Source: Patescibacteria group bacterium (GTDB lineage Bacteria; Patescibacteriota; Patescibacteriia; JAHJFT01). From it: a DNA stretch of 64,000 nt. The stretch lies in assembly GCA_028710985.1 (NCBI GenBank), contig JAQTTB010000001.1, forward strand, positions 523,014 through 587,013. Reading direction: 5' to 3'. This document shows positions 49,235 to 58,087 of the stretch, piece by piece (the stretch's first letter is position 1; each line of letters starts with the position of its first letter). The translations under genes were made by a program, and so were the position numbers. The notes under the pieces were generated by a model that ran no database searches, was not told where the DNA came from, and saw only the letters and a program-made list of their open reading frames with translations.

Positions 49235-49651
49235 ATGTTTCTTTTCATTGACATGACACCGGAAAAAGGGTTCGGGCTCGCGCTGGGGAAGCCCGAAGCG
49301 ACAGGACCTCTTTTTTTAATGCGCGAGGGCTTTGATGCACCGGCCGAGGACCTGCTCGGTATCATTGATAAATTTTTTAAAAAAAATAAAGTGCTTGTCG
49401 CGGAACTCGCCGGCATCGCGCTCGCTGGCGGCCGTTCGTTTACTCAAACGCGCACTGCTGCATCGGTTGCGAACACAATCGGATTTTTCATGGATATCCC
49501 GGTCGCGGTTATCACCGCACCGGACGTCACCGAGGGTGTGCGGGCGCTTCGCGGAAAATCGGGATTTGTCCCGGCCCGGCCGGTCTATTCGGCCAAACCG
49601 AATATTACCCGGCCAAAATCCCGCAAACTGAAAATAAAACATCGGCCATGA
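49235..49651 (+). CDS. TsaB/YeaZ-like protein, N-terminal domain only
   Basis: MFLFIDMT...ELAGIALAGGRSFTQTRTAASVANTIGFFMDIPV resembles the TsaB actin-like fold core. Confidence 0.45.
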   Translation: MFLFIDMTPEKGFGLALGKPEATGPLFLMREGFDAPAEDLLGIIDKFFKKNKVLVAELAGIALAGGRSFTQTRTAASVANTIGFFMDIPVAVITAPDVTEGVRALRGKSGFVPARPVYSAKPNITRPKSRKLKIKHRP

Positions 49652-51126
49652 GCGAAAAAATCGAAAAAAAATTGCTGGAAATGTTTCCCGGCGCGCTCGT
49701 CTGGCTCACTTTGATCTTGGGCCTGATATTTTCCTTTACGCGTCCGCTTTGGGTTATATATTTCATTATTCTTTTTGATTTATTCTGGGTGCTTAGGCTT
49801 TTATATTTCATTTTTTATCTTCTTACCTCATGGAGGCGGTATCGCCGAGATATTAAAATTGACTGGGTCAGCCGGCTTGGTAATAAAGAATCCTGGGATA
49901 AATACTATCATTTTATTTTCTTGCCCACGTATGAAGAGCCGTTGGAGGTTTTGGAAAATACGTTTAGCGCCCTCTGCGAAGTAAATTATCCGCTTGATCG
50001 GTTTGTGGTTATTCTGGGCGGCGAGGCCCGCGAGCGCGAGAATTTTTTGGCGCGCGCGCGGATTATCCAGGAAAAATATGCCGCGAGATTCCACAAGATG
50101 ATTATTACAGTGCATGCGCTCGCGGACGATGAGGTGCCGGGCAAGGGATCGAATCTCAACTGCATGGGTCGCGAGGTTAAGAAGTTCATCGATGATAGCG
50201 GCCTGGCGTACGAGAATATCATCGTTTCGTCATTTGACGTTGATACCGTCACGCATCCGCAGTATTTTGCCTGCCTTACATATTTATATATGACCACGCC
50301 GGCTCCGACCCGTTCGTCATTTCAGCCGGTTGCGCTTTTTGGTAACAATATCTGGGAAGCGCGTTCAATCGTCCGCGTTTCGTCTTTCGGCACGACCTTC
50401 TGGCTCCTGGGCGAGCTTGCGCGGCCGGATCGGCTATGGACGTTCGCGTCGCACAGTATGAGTTTTAAAATGCTTGTGGATGTTGGTTTTTGGCAGAAGG
50501 ATATTGTCACCGAAGATTCGCGTATATTTCTGCAGGGACTCACCCAGTATCATGGCGATTATCGCGTGGTGCCGATTTTTTTGCCGGTTTCCATGGATGC
50601 GGTTTCCGGAGCTAGCTTCTGGGAGGCGCTTGCGAATCTTTATAAACAGCAGCGGCGTTGGGCATGGGGAGTTGAGCATCTGCCATATCTTTTTATGAAA
50701 TTCCGGCGCGACCGGCTCATGCCGCTTCGCACCAAGATTAAATTTCTCTGGAATCACATTGAGGGAATGTATACTTGGGCCGTGGCGCCAATTTTGATTT
50801 TTGTGCTTGGTTATTTGCCGCTCATTGTCGGCCGCGAGCAGGCCGCGACCAGCGCCCTGTTTCAGAACGCGCCGTACACCCTTGAGACCCTGATGCGCAT
50901 CGCTACGATCGGCGTTTTTGTTTCGGCGATTCTTAGCCTGGTCCTGCTTCCGCCACGACCCAAGTTTTATCCGCGCCACCGGTATTTAATCATGATTCTG
51001 CAGTGGGTTCTCCTTCCTATTACTATTACCCTGTTTGGTTCCCTACCAGCGATTGACGCGCAGACGCGACTCATGCTCGGCGGCCGCTTCCGCCTCGGAT
51101 TTAACGTTACTCAGAAAAAAAGATAA
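49648..51126 (+). CDS. Membrane-integrated family-2 glycosyltransferase with a QxxRW motif (processive, cellulose-synthase-like)
   Basis: N-terminal TMs, a DxD (SSFDVDT), QQRRWAWG and C-terminal TMs. Confidence 0.7.
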   Translation: MSEKIEKKLLEMFPGALVWLTLILGLIFSFTRPLWVIYFIILFDLFWVLRLLYFIFYLLTSWRRYRRDIKIDWVSRLGNKESWDKYYHFIFLPTYEEPLEVLENTFSALCEVNYPLDRFVVILGGEARERENFLARARIIQEKYAARFHKMIITVHALADDEVPGKGSNLNCMGREVKKFIDDSGLAYENIIVSSFDVDTVTHPQYFACLTYLYMTTPAPTRSSFQPVALFGNNIWEARSIVRVSSFGTTFWLLGELARPDRLWTFASHSMSFKMLVDVGFWQKDIVTEDSRIFLQGLTQYHGDYRVVPIFLPVSMDAVSGASFWEALANLYKQQRRWAWGVEHLPYLFMKFRRDRLMPLRTKIKFLWNHIEGMYTWAVAPILIFVLGYLPLIVGREQAATSALFQNAPYTLETLMRIATIGVFVSAILSLVLLPPRPKFYPRHRYLIMILQWVLLPITITLFGSLPAIDAQTRLMLGGRFRLGFNVTQKKR

Positions 51127-51127
51127 T

Positions 51128-52225
51128 ATGGCTCGAATATCCATAAATATTGTCACCTGGAACGGCATGCGCTATCTTCCCGAGGCGCTTGAGTCGATTT
51201 CTAATCAGACATTCCAGGATATTGAAATAGTGATAATTGATAATGGTTCAACCGACGGCACGGTTGAATATATCCGCGATAATTTTACCGGAATTACGCT
51301 TCTACGGAATATGCGCAACCTCGGTTTCGCGCATGGCCACAATCAGGGAATCCGCTTGGTGCTGAACCGATGGCAGAATCAGGATTTGGAAAATAGTTTC
51401 ATTCTCGTTACTAATCAAGATATTATTTTGCGTAAGGATTTTTTGGAAAAAATGATTTCCGTCGCCGAGACGGCGCCGCGCGCGGCGAGTTTTGGCGGAA
51501 AGTTGTTTAAGGCGTTTTTTGCTACAGCTGAAGATAATATCGAAGACAGCATCAAGTCGGATACGCTCGATTCCACTGGCCTCCGGTGCTTTAGATCGCA
51601 CCGTTTCGTGGACAGGGGGGCTGGTGAGCGCGATCAGGGGCAGTATGATGCCGAGAGGGAGGTTTTCGGTGTATCCGGGGCGATTATGATGCTGCGCGCT
51701 TCGGCACTCGCGAGTGTGAGATATAAAGATGAGTTTTTTGATGAAAATTATTTTGCGTATAAAGAGGATGTCGATCTTGCCTGGCGTTTGCGCTTGGCGG
51801 GATGGGGGAGCCTGTATGTTCCCGAAGCGATCGCTCATCATTACCGCGGCGCCTACTCGGCCGAACGCGCCGGATGGATGGAGACCTGGCGCAGCCGTAA
51901 GAGCCGCTCGATGATTGTCAAATTAAATTCGTACGTCAATCATTACCTGACGATTATAAAAAACGCGCATATCCGCAATATCATCCTGCGCCTCCCGTGG
52001 ATTATTGCCTACGAGCTTAAAAAAAATATTTATTTATTTTTTCTTGAGCCTCGGGTTTTCTGGAAAGGGCTTTTTAAACTTTCCGTGAAGCTTCCGGACG
52101 CGCTCCGTAAGAGAAAATTCATCCTTTCCCGCGCCATGCCTACCGGCCCGCTTCGCCATAGCTTCAGCGAGGCGAGCAGGCAGGCCGCGGCGCGCCCGGC
52201 GGAGATAAGAAAATGGTTCAAGTAA
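51128..52225 (+). CDS. Family-2 glycosyltransferase
   Basis: ISINIVTWNGMRYLPEALESISNQTFQDIEIVIIDNGSTDGT. The start is at an internal ATG; the ORF track begins at 51035. Confidence 0.75.
   Translation: MARISINIVTWNGMRYLPEALESISNQTFQDIEIVIIDNGSTDGTVEYIRDNFTGITLLRNMRNLGFAHGHNQGIRLVLNRWQNQDLENSFILVTNQDIILRKDFLEKMISVAETAPRAASFGGKLFKAFFATAEDNIEDSIKSDTLDSTGLRCFRSHRFVDRGAGERDQGQYDAEREVFGVSGAIMMLRASALASVRYKDEFFDENYFAYKEDVDLAWRLRLAGWGSLYVPEAIAHHYRGAYSAERAGWMETWRSRKSRSMIVKLNSYVNHYLTIIKNAHIRNIILRLPWIIAYELKKNIYLFFLEPRVFWKGLFKLSVKLPDALRKRKFILSRAMPTGPLRHSFSEASRQAAARPAEIRKWFK
52137..52190. repeat. 52-bp repeat copy inside the 3-prime coding region of the GT2 gene. It is the inverted copy of 59833-59884.
   Basis: The reverse complement reads cggcctgcctgctcgcctcgctgaagctatggcgaagcgggccggtaggcatggc. 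That matches 59833-59884 with 2 mismatches. Confidence 0.7.
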
Positions 52226-52229
52226 AAAT

Positions 52230-53021
52230 ATGGACGTCAGTATAATCATCCTAAATTACAAAAGTTCCGGTTTGGCGCGCCAGTGCATTAAAAGCATTGT
52301 TGCAGCTGCGCCGAAACTTGAGTATGAAATTATTGTCGTTGATAACAATTCTCACGACGGCATTGGGAGAATGCTTCGCGAGCAGTTCCCGCAAGTAAAA
52401 TTTATTCAGTCCAGCCGCAACGCCGGCTTTGCCGCGGGCAATAACATCGGCCTGCGCGTCGCCACCGGACGCTATGCCATGATCGTGAATCCGGACATTA
52501 TTGTGAATCCCGGAACCCTGGAGGAAATGGTAAAAGAAATGGATGCCCATCCCGAAATCGGCTTGCTCGCGCCGCAGCTCCTAAATCCCGACAAAACAAT
52601 TCAGTATTCATGCTATCGTCTTCCGACATTCGGCATACCGTTTTATCGCCGCACGCCGCTCGGTCTCACACCTCGCGGTAAGCGCATGATCCGCTCGTAT
52701 CTTATGGCCGAATGGGACCATGCCGCTCCGCGCGAGATTGATTGGTGCGTCGCCGCCTGCATCATGGTTCGGCGAAGCGCCGTTGAGTGCGTTGGTTATT
52801 TTGACGAAAGATATTTTATGTATTTTGAAGACGCCGACTGGTGCCGTCGGTTTCATCAAGCCGGATTCAGGGTAGTATATTTTCCACGTGCAAAAATGTT
52901 TCATTATCACATCCGTCAGTCCGCTGATGTGCCGTGGTTCATGGGATTATTTCAAAAAATAAGCCGCATCCATATGGCAAGCGCGTTAAAATATTTCTGG
53001 AAGTGGAAGGGCAAGGAATAA
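52230..53021 (+). CDS. Family-2 glycosyltransferase
   Basis: VSIIILNYKSSGLARQCIKSIV...EIIVVDNNSHDG. Confidence 0.75.
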   Translation: MDVSIIILNYKSSGLARQCIKSIVAAAPKLEYEIIVVDNNSHDGIGRMLREQFPQVKFIQSSRNAGFAAGNNIGLRVATGRYAMIVNPDIIVNPGTLEEMVKEMDAHPEIGLLAPQLLNPDKTIQYSCYRLPTFGIPFYRRTPLGLTPRGKRMIRSYLMAEWDHAAPREIDWCVAACIMVRRSAVECVGYFDERYFMYFEDADWCRRFHQAGFRVVYFPRAKMFHYHIRQSADVPWFMGLFQKISRIHMASALKYFWKWKGKE

Positions 53022-53038
53022 ATATTTAAAATAAAAAA

Positions 53039-55078
53039 ATGTACGAGTATCCAACAAATTTTGTCGCGCAGGCTCCGAGTGAAGTTCGTAATGTCCGGGT
53101 CGGCCGGCCGAAGTGGCCGTATATCGGAGCGGTGCTTTTGATTATTATCGTTGTATTGGTAATCGCCGCCGTGCCCTACGCCCTGCTTGCCAACAATATT
53201 TACAACGAGGCTCTTGCCGGAAAGGCAAATTTAGAAGAAGCGCAGAATTACGCCGTGGCGCTTAAATTTGACGGCGCCCGCGAGCAGATCGACGACGCGG
53301 TTGGGCACTTTATATCGGCGCGCCGGAGCTTTATTCCGTTCAAAATTTTTATTTGGATGCCGTGGATCGGAAGGCAGATTAAAGCCGTGGACAGTCTTTT
53401 GGAAACCGGAGTTGAAACATCCGAAGCGGTCGGCGACCTTCTCGAGGTCGGTGAAGAAATTTATAAAGTTTTTGAATTGTCCGAAGAAATCAAGGCGGAC
53501 ATTAAGCCCGAAATATCCGGCGGCGTCCGGTTCATTGATCTTGACCGCGAAACAAAAAGAGAAATTTTGAAAAAATTATACGAGTCGGGTCCGCGCATCC
53601 AGGAAGCGCTCGTCCGCATCGACCTCGCCATATCGAGCTTCAGCCGTATTCCGCAGGACGATTTGGCCAAGCCGCTCCGCGACGCCATCGCGCCGTTTGC
53701 CGACAAGCTTCCGGAATTCAAGAAACAGCTGACGCTCGCCGTGCCGCTCGTAAAGATTCTGCCCGAACTCGCCGGTTATCCCGAACCGAAAAATTATCTT
53801 ATACTATTATCCAACAACGCCGAGCTCCGGCCGGCTGGCGGATTTCTTGGCACTTATGGAATATTTAAGGTCGCGGACGGTGAAATTCTGGACCTCTCGA
53901 CCCACGATGTGTACGCGCTTGACCGCCAGGCCGAATCTTTTTTGCGCGTGGATCCGCCGCCGCCGCTCGTGAAATATCTCAAGGTGAACAACTGGTATAT
54001 GCGCGACGCCAACTGGTCGCCGGATTTTGCTGCGTCGGCGCAGAAGGTTCTTTGGTTTTATTCCGAAGAGGCGCGCGGGGTTGCCACCCGCCGCGGTTCG
54101 CCGCTCCCCGAAGCGCCGCTTATAAATTTTAACGGCGTGATTTCCGTGAACCCGACCGTAGTTGCGGACATTCTTTCTATCATCGGCCCGATTACGATTG
54201 AAAATCAAACATTTAATTCTGAGAATTTTATTGATTCGCTCGAGTATCAGGTTGAAGTTGCTTTTCTTTCCGACGGCACCCCGCGCAGTCAGCGAAAAGA
54301 AATTATTAGCCTGCTTTCGGCGGAGATAATTGATAAATTATTTTCACTCCCGGCTGTGAAATGGATAGATGTTCTACGCGAGGCAGAACGTGGGCTGGAA
54401 GAGCGGGAAATTATTGTTTATGAAAACGACCCCGATATTCAGGAATCGCTTGAATTCCAAAATTGGGCCGGACGCGTCCGGTCGACTGACGGAGATTTCC
54501 TGAAAGTCGTTGACGCCAATCTCGCGAGTCTTAAAACCGATCCGTACGTTGAGCGTCAAATCAAATACGAATCTTGGTTTGAGGAGGACGGCGCTCTCAT
54601 GGCCCGGGTGAATATTCATTATAAAAACACAGCCGGCTTCAGCTGGAAGACGACGCGTTATCGCACTTATACCCGCGTCTACGCGCCCGAGGGAAGTGAG
54701 TTGGTTTCCGTTACCGGCAGTCTCAGGGATGATAAACTCGCCAATCCCGGTCTTGAGCCCGGCACGCCGGACGAATATAACGAGCTCGGCAAAACGGTTT
54801 TTGGCGCCTTCACCGCCATTGAGCCCGGAGCCCAGGGCGATCTTGTCTTCACCTACAAACTGCCCGAGTCGGTCAGCGCAATGATAAAGAACGGAGATTA
54901 TAATCTTTACGTTGAAAAACAGGCCGGAGCGGTGGCTTATGGCTTGACTTTGTCCCTGAATTTTGATAAAAACTTAAAGCAAGCCGAACCGGCAGAGCTT
55001 GAATCGCACTGGGGAGACCGGAGTTATAATCTTGAGACCGACCTTAGGGTCGATCGCACCGTCAATATAAAATTCTAA
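53039..55078 (+). CDS. DUF4012-like large membrane-anchored protein
   Basis: N-terminal TM followed by a long extracytoplasmic region. The DUF4012 assignment is recalled from similar gene neighbourhoods in glycan clusters, not searched. Confidence 0.45.
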   Translation: MYEYPTNFVAQAPSEVRNVRVGRPKWPYIGAVLLIIIVVLVIAAVPYALLANNIYNEALAGKANLEEAQNYAVALKFDGAREQIDDAVGHFISARRSFIPFKIFIWMPWIGRQIKAVDSLLETGVETSEAVGDLLEVGEEIYKVFELSEEIKADIKPEISGGVRFIDLDRETKREILKKLYESGPRIQEALVRIDLAISSFSRIPQDDLAKPLRDAIAPFADKLPEFKKQLTLAVPLVKILPELAGYPEPKNYLILLSNNAELRPAGGFLGTYGIFKVADGEILDLSTHDVYALDRQAESFLRVDPPPPLVKYLKVNNWYMRDANWSPDFAASAQKVLWFYSEEARGVATRRGSPLPEAPLINFNGVISVNPTVVADILSIIGPITIENQTFNSENFIDSLEYQVEVAFLSDGTPRSQRKEIISLLSAEIIDKLFSLPAVKWIDVLREAERGLEEREIIVYENDPDIQESLEFQNWAGRVRSTDGDFLKVVDANLASLKTDPYVERQIKYESWFEEDGALMARVNIHYKNTAGFSWKTTRYRTYTRVYAPEGSELVSVTGSLRDDKLANPGLEPGTPDEYNELGKTVFGAFTAIEPGAQGDLVFTYKLPESVSAMIKNGDYNLYVEKQAGAVAYGLTLSLNFDKNLKQAEPAELESHWGDRSYNLETDLRVDRTVNIKF

Positions 55079-55081
55079 ATT

Positions 55082-56086
55082 ATGTGGGTTAAAAAAATCG
55101 GCATTGATCTCGGAACAGCAACCGTGCTTGTCTACGTTCCAAAACGCGGCATCATTTTGAATGAGCCGTCGGTTGTTGCGATTTCCACGATTGATAAAAA
55201 AGTTCTGGCCGTGGGTCGCGAAGCGAAAGACATGCTCGGCCGCACGCCGGATTCAATCATTGCGCGCCGTCCCTTGAAAGACGGCGTAATTGCCGATTAT
55301 CGCACTACCGAAGCGATGCTTAAATATTTCATTAACAAGGCGCTGGGTGGCATGCGTCTTTTTCGTCCCGAGGTTATGGTCGCGGTTCCGGGCGGCATTA
55401 CCTCAACCGAGCGCCGCGCCGTGATTGACGCGGCCATCGCCGCCGGCGCCAAAGCGGCCTACATCATCAAAGAACCGATTGTCGCGGCCATCGGCGCCGA
55501 TATTCCGATTGGCAGCGCGTCCGGCCACATGGTTGTTGACATCGGCGGCGGCACCGCCGAGATTGCCGTAATCTCTTTGGGCGGAATCGTGGCTTCTGAA
55601 TCGGTGCGCATCGGCGGCACGAAGTTCGATCTCGCCATCATGGAGCACGTACGCCGCAAATACGGTCTCGCCATCGGCGAGCGCACGGCCGAAGAAGTAA
55701 AAATCAATATTGGCTCGGCCATGTATATGGAAAATAAATTGACCATGGAAGTAAAAGGCCGCGACATGATGACCGGATTGCCGCGCATCATCACCATCAC
55801 TTCGGACGATATTACCGATGCGATTCAAAATGAACTTGACGGTATCATTGACGCCATCAAAGACGTTTTGCAAAAAACCCCGCCCGAACTTTCGGCCGAT
55901 GTCATGGACAAGGGCATGATTTTGACCGGCGGTTCAGCCCTGCTTCGCAATCTTGGCCAACTTTTCCGCGAAGCAACCGGCGTGTCCGCCTACGTAGCGG
56001 ATGAGCCCCAGCTCTGCGTGGCAAAGGGCACCGGCATCGCGCTTGAAAATCTTGAATCCTACAAGCGTTCTATTTTTTCCGGATAA
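55082..56086 (+). CDS. mreB: Rod-shape-determining actin homolog MreB
   Basis: IGIDLGTATVLVYV...VAVPGGITSTERRAV...VVDIGGGTAEIAVISLGG. Confidence 0.9.
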   Translation: MWVKKIGIDLGTATVLVYVPKRGIILNEPSVVAISTIDKKVLAVGREAKDMLGRTPDSIIARRPLKDGVIADYRTTEAMLKYFINKALGGMRLFRPEVMVAVPGGITSTERRAVIDAAIAAGAKAAYIIKEPIVAAIGADIPIGSASGHMVVDIGGGTAEIAVISLGGIVASESVRIGGTKFDLAIMEHVRRKYGLAIGERTAEEVKINIGSAMYMENKLTMEVKGRDMMTGLPRIITITSDDITDAIQNELDGIIDAIKDVLQKTPPELSADVMDKGMILTGGSALLRNLGQLFREATGVSAYVADEPQLCVAKGTGIALENLESYKRSIFSG

Positions 56087-56095
56087 AAATTTATT

Positions 56096-57223
56096 ATGAT
56101 CATTGGGATTGAGGCGGCTCGTCCGAACCGGCCGCAAAAAACCGGCACCGAATGGTACGGTTACCACGTGATTCAGGAAATTAAAAAAATCGCCGATCCT
56201 TCGGATCGGTTTATTTTATATACAAATGATCCTCTCCGTTCCGGCCTTGAGATAATGCCCAATGCGAACTGGCGCGAGAAGCGGCTCGGCTGGCCGATTC
56301 CGAAGTTTTGGACCCAGGGCCGCCTGTCGCTCGAGATGCTCGTAAATTCGCCGGATGCGGTTTTTATACCCGCGCATGCCATGCCAATTATTCATGTCAA
56401 GAATACGGTGGTCACTCTGCATGACGTTGGTTTTGAAAGATTTCCCGAGCTTTATTCCCGCGCCGATCTCTGGTACCACCGTTGGTCCGCGAAATTCATC
56501 ATCCGCCATGCCGCGAAAATTATCACGGTTTCAAATTTTTCAAAAAACGAACTCGTTGAGCTTTATGGCGCTCCGGCGGAAAAAATCTTTGTTACGCATC
56601 TGGGCTACGATGCCGAACGCTATCGGGTTATTGAGCCGGCCGAGGTGGAAAAAGTTTTACTGAAGCATAGAATCAAAACGCCGTATATTTTTTATATCGG
56701 CCGCCTGGAGCGCAAAAAAAATATTCCGCTGCTTATTGAAGCCTTCGGACGCTTTAAGCAAAAGAATCAAAACGACTCGCACTCGCTCGTTCTGGTCGGT
56801 CGGCCGGGATTTGATTATGAAAAAATTCAGGAAAATATAAAAAAATTCAATCTTGAACAATGGGTAATCCAAACCGGCTGGGTGGGGGAGGATAGTATCC
56901 CGTATTTTTACAACGGCGCGGCGGCGTTTGTTTTTCCGAGCCGTTACGAAGGCTTCGGCATCCCGCTCATTGAAGCAATGGCCTGCGGCACGCCGATTCT
57001 CGCGTCGCGCGCCGGGTCCATTCCCGAAGTTGCGGCCGATGCGGCGTTGTATTTTGAAACCGAGAGTGCGGATTCGCTCATCGCGGGCATGGAAAATATT
57101 CTGAACAATCAGGAGTTGCGCGGCTGTCTCCGCGCCGCCGGCTTGGCCCGCTGCCAAAATTTTTCCTGGGCTCGTACCGCCCGTCAGACTTTGGAAATTT
57201 TGAAATCAAATTCTAGATTCTAG
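56096..57223 (+). CDS. Family-4 (GT-B) glycosyltransferase
   Basis: FPSRYEGFGIPLIEAMACGTPILASRAGSIPEV with EX7E-type motifs. Confidence 0.8.
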   Translation: MIIGIEAARPNRPQKTGTEWYGYHVIQEIKKIADPSDRFILYTNDPLRSGLEIMPNANWREKRLGWPIPKFWTQGRLSLEMLVNSPDAVFIPAHAMPIIHVKNTVVTLHDVGFERFPELYSRADLWYHRWSAKFIIRHAAKIITVSNFSKNELVELYGAPAEKIFVTHLGYDAERYRVIEPAEVEKVLLKHRIKTPYIFYIGRLERKKNIPLLIEAFGRFKQKNQNDSHSLVLVGRPGFDYEKIQENIKKFNLEQWVIQTGWVGEDSIPYFYNGAAAFVFPSRYEGFGIPLIEAMACGTPILASRAGSIPEVAADAALYFETESADSLIAGMENILNNQELRGCLRAAGLARCQNFSWARTARQTLEILKSNSRF

Positions 57224-57244
57224 CTTCTAGATTCTAGATTCTCC
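57209..57244. repeat. Tandem heptamer (TTCTAGA) x about 5 that straddles the GT4 stop codon. A terminator tccccgcaaggggatttttt follows.
   Basis: Read directly: ttctagattctagcttctagattctagattct. Confidence 0.55.
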
Positions 57245-57297
57245 GCCGCCTCCCCGCAAGGGGATTTTTTGTGTTATAATGTTGACATAATTTCAAT

Positions 57298-58065
57298 ATG
57301 ATTGAACAGGAGTTGCAAAAATTTGGCTTAAGCCAAAAAGAAATTAAGGTCTACCTTTCTTCGCTCCAGAGCGGTCCGCGCTCGGCGCAGGAGATTTCGC
57401 GCGTTGCCGGCGTCAACCGTGTCACGTGCTATGTCATCCTTGAATCCCTAAAGGGATACGGCTTGGTTACCCAGGTGGACGGGGAACGGGGCCGGCTTTT
57501 TGCCGCGGAAAATCCGGCGAATATCATAAGATTTTTGGAATCCCGCGAAAGAGAAATCCAGGATGTGAAGGCCAGGGTGCACCGCGCTATGCCTGAACTC
57601 ATGGCGATATTCAACGGCTTAGGCGATAAGCCGCTCATCCGTTTCCTTGACGGCATTGAAGGCATTGAGGTTATCCAGCGGGAGGTTTTTGAAAAAGATG
57701 TCAAAAACATTGACAGCATCGCCTGCCTGGATGCGGCGTTTGAACATATTGATCCCTACGAGTTCACCGAATATCGTGAGAACATGATCGCCAAGAAAAT
57801 TACCGGACGGACAATCTACACTTCAAAAAAATATACAACCGAATATCTGCCCGACGGATATGAAAAATGCCAGGAATTGCGCCGCCTGCCGTTTGAAAAA
57901 TTTAATTTTCCCGCCGAAATCTGGATTGCGGATAATTTCGCCGCCATTTTCAGCTTTCAGGGCAAGCCGGCGGTTATCGCGATTGAGCATCCTGCCATTA
58001 TTGCCGCAATGAAAACCTGGTTTGAGCTCGCGTGGGAAGCGGCCGCGCACCACGCCCAGCAATAA
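57298..58065 (+). CDS. TrmB-family transcriptional regulator-like protein
   Basis: FGLSQKEIKVYLSSLQSGPRSAQEISRVAGVNRVTCYVILESLKGYGLV N-terminal wHTH. Paralog of the 60072 gene. Confidence 0.55.
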   Translation: MIEQELQKFGLSQKEIKVYLSSLQSGPRSAQEISRVAGVNRVTCYVILESLKGYGLVTQVDGERGRLFAAENPANIIRFLESREREIQDVKARVHRAMPELMAIFNGLGDKPLIRFLDGIEGIEVIQREVFEKDVKNIDSIACLDAAFEHIDPYEFTEYRENMIAKKITGRTIYTSKKYTTEYLPDGYEKCQELRRLPFEKFNFPAEIWIADNFAAIFSFQGKPAVIAIEHPAIIAAMKTWFELAWEAAAHHAQQ

Positions 58066-58087
58066 ATTAAAGAAAACATTTTTAAAT

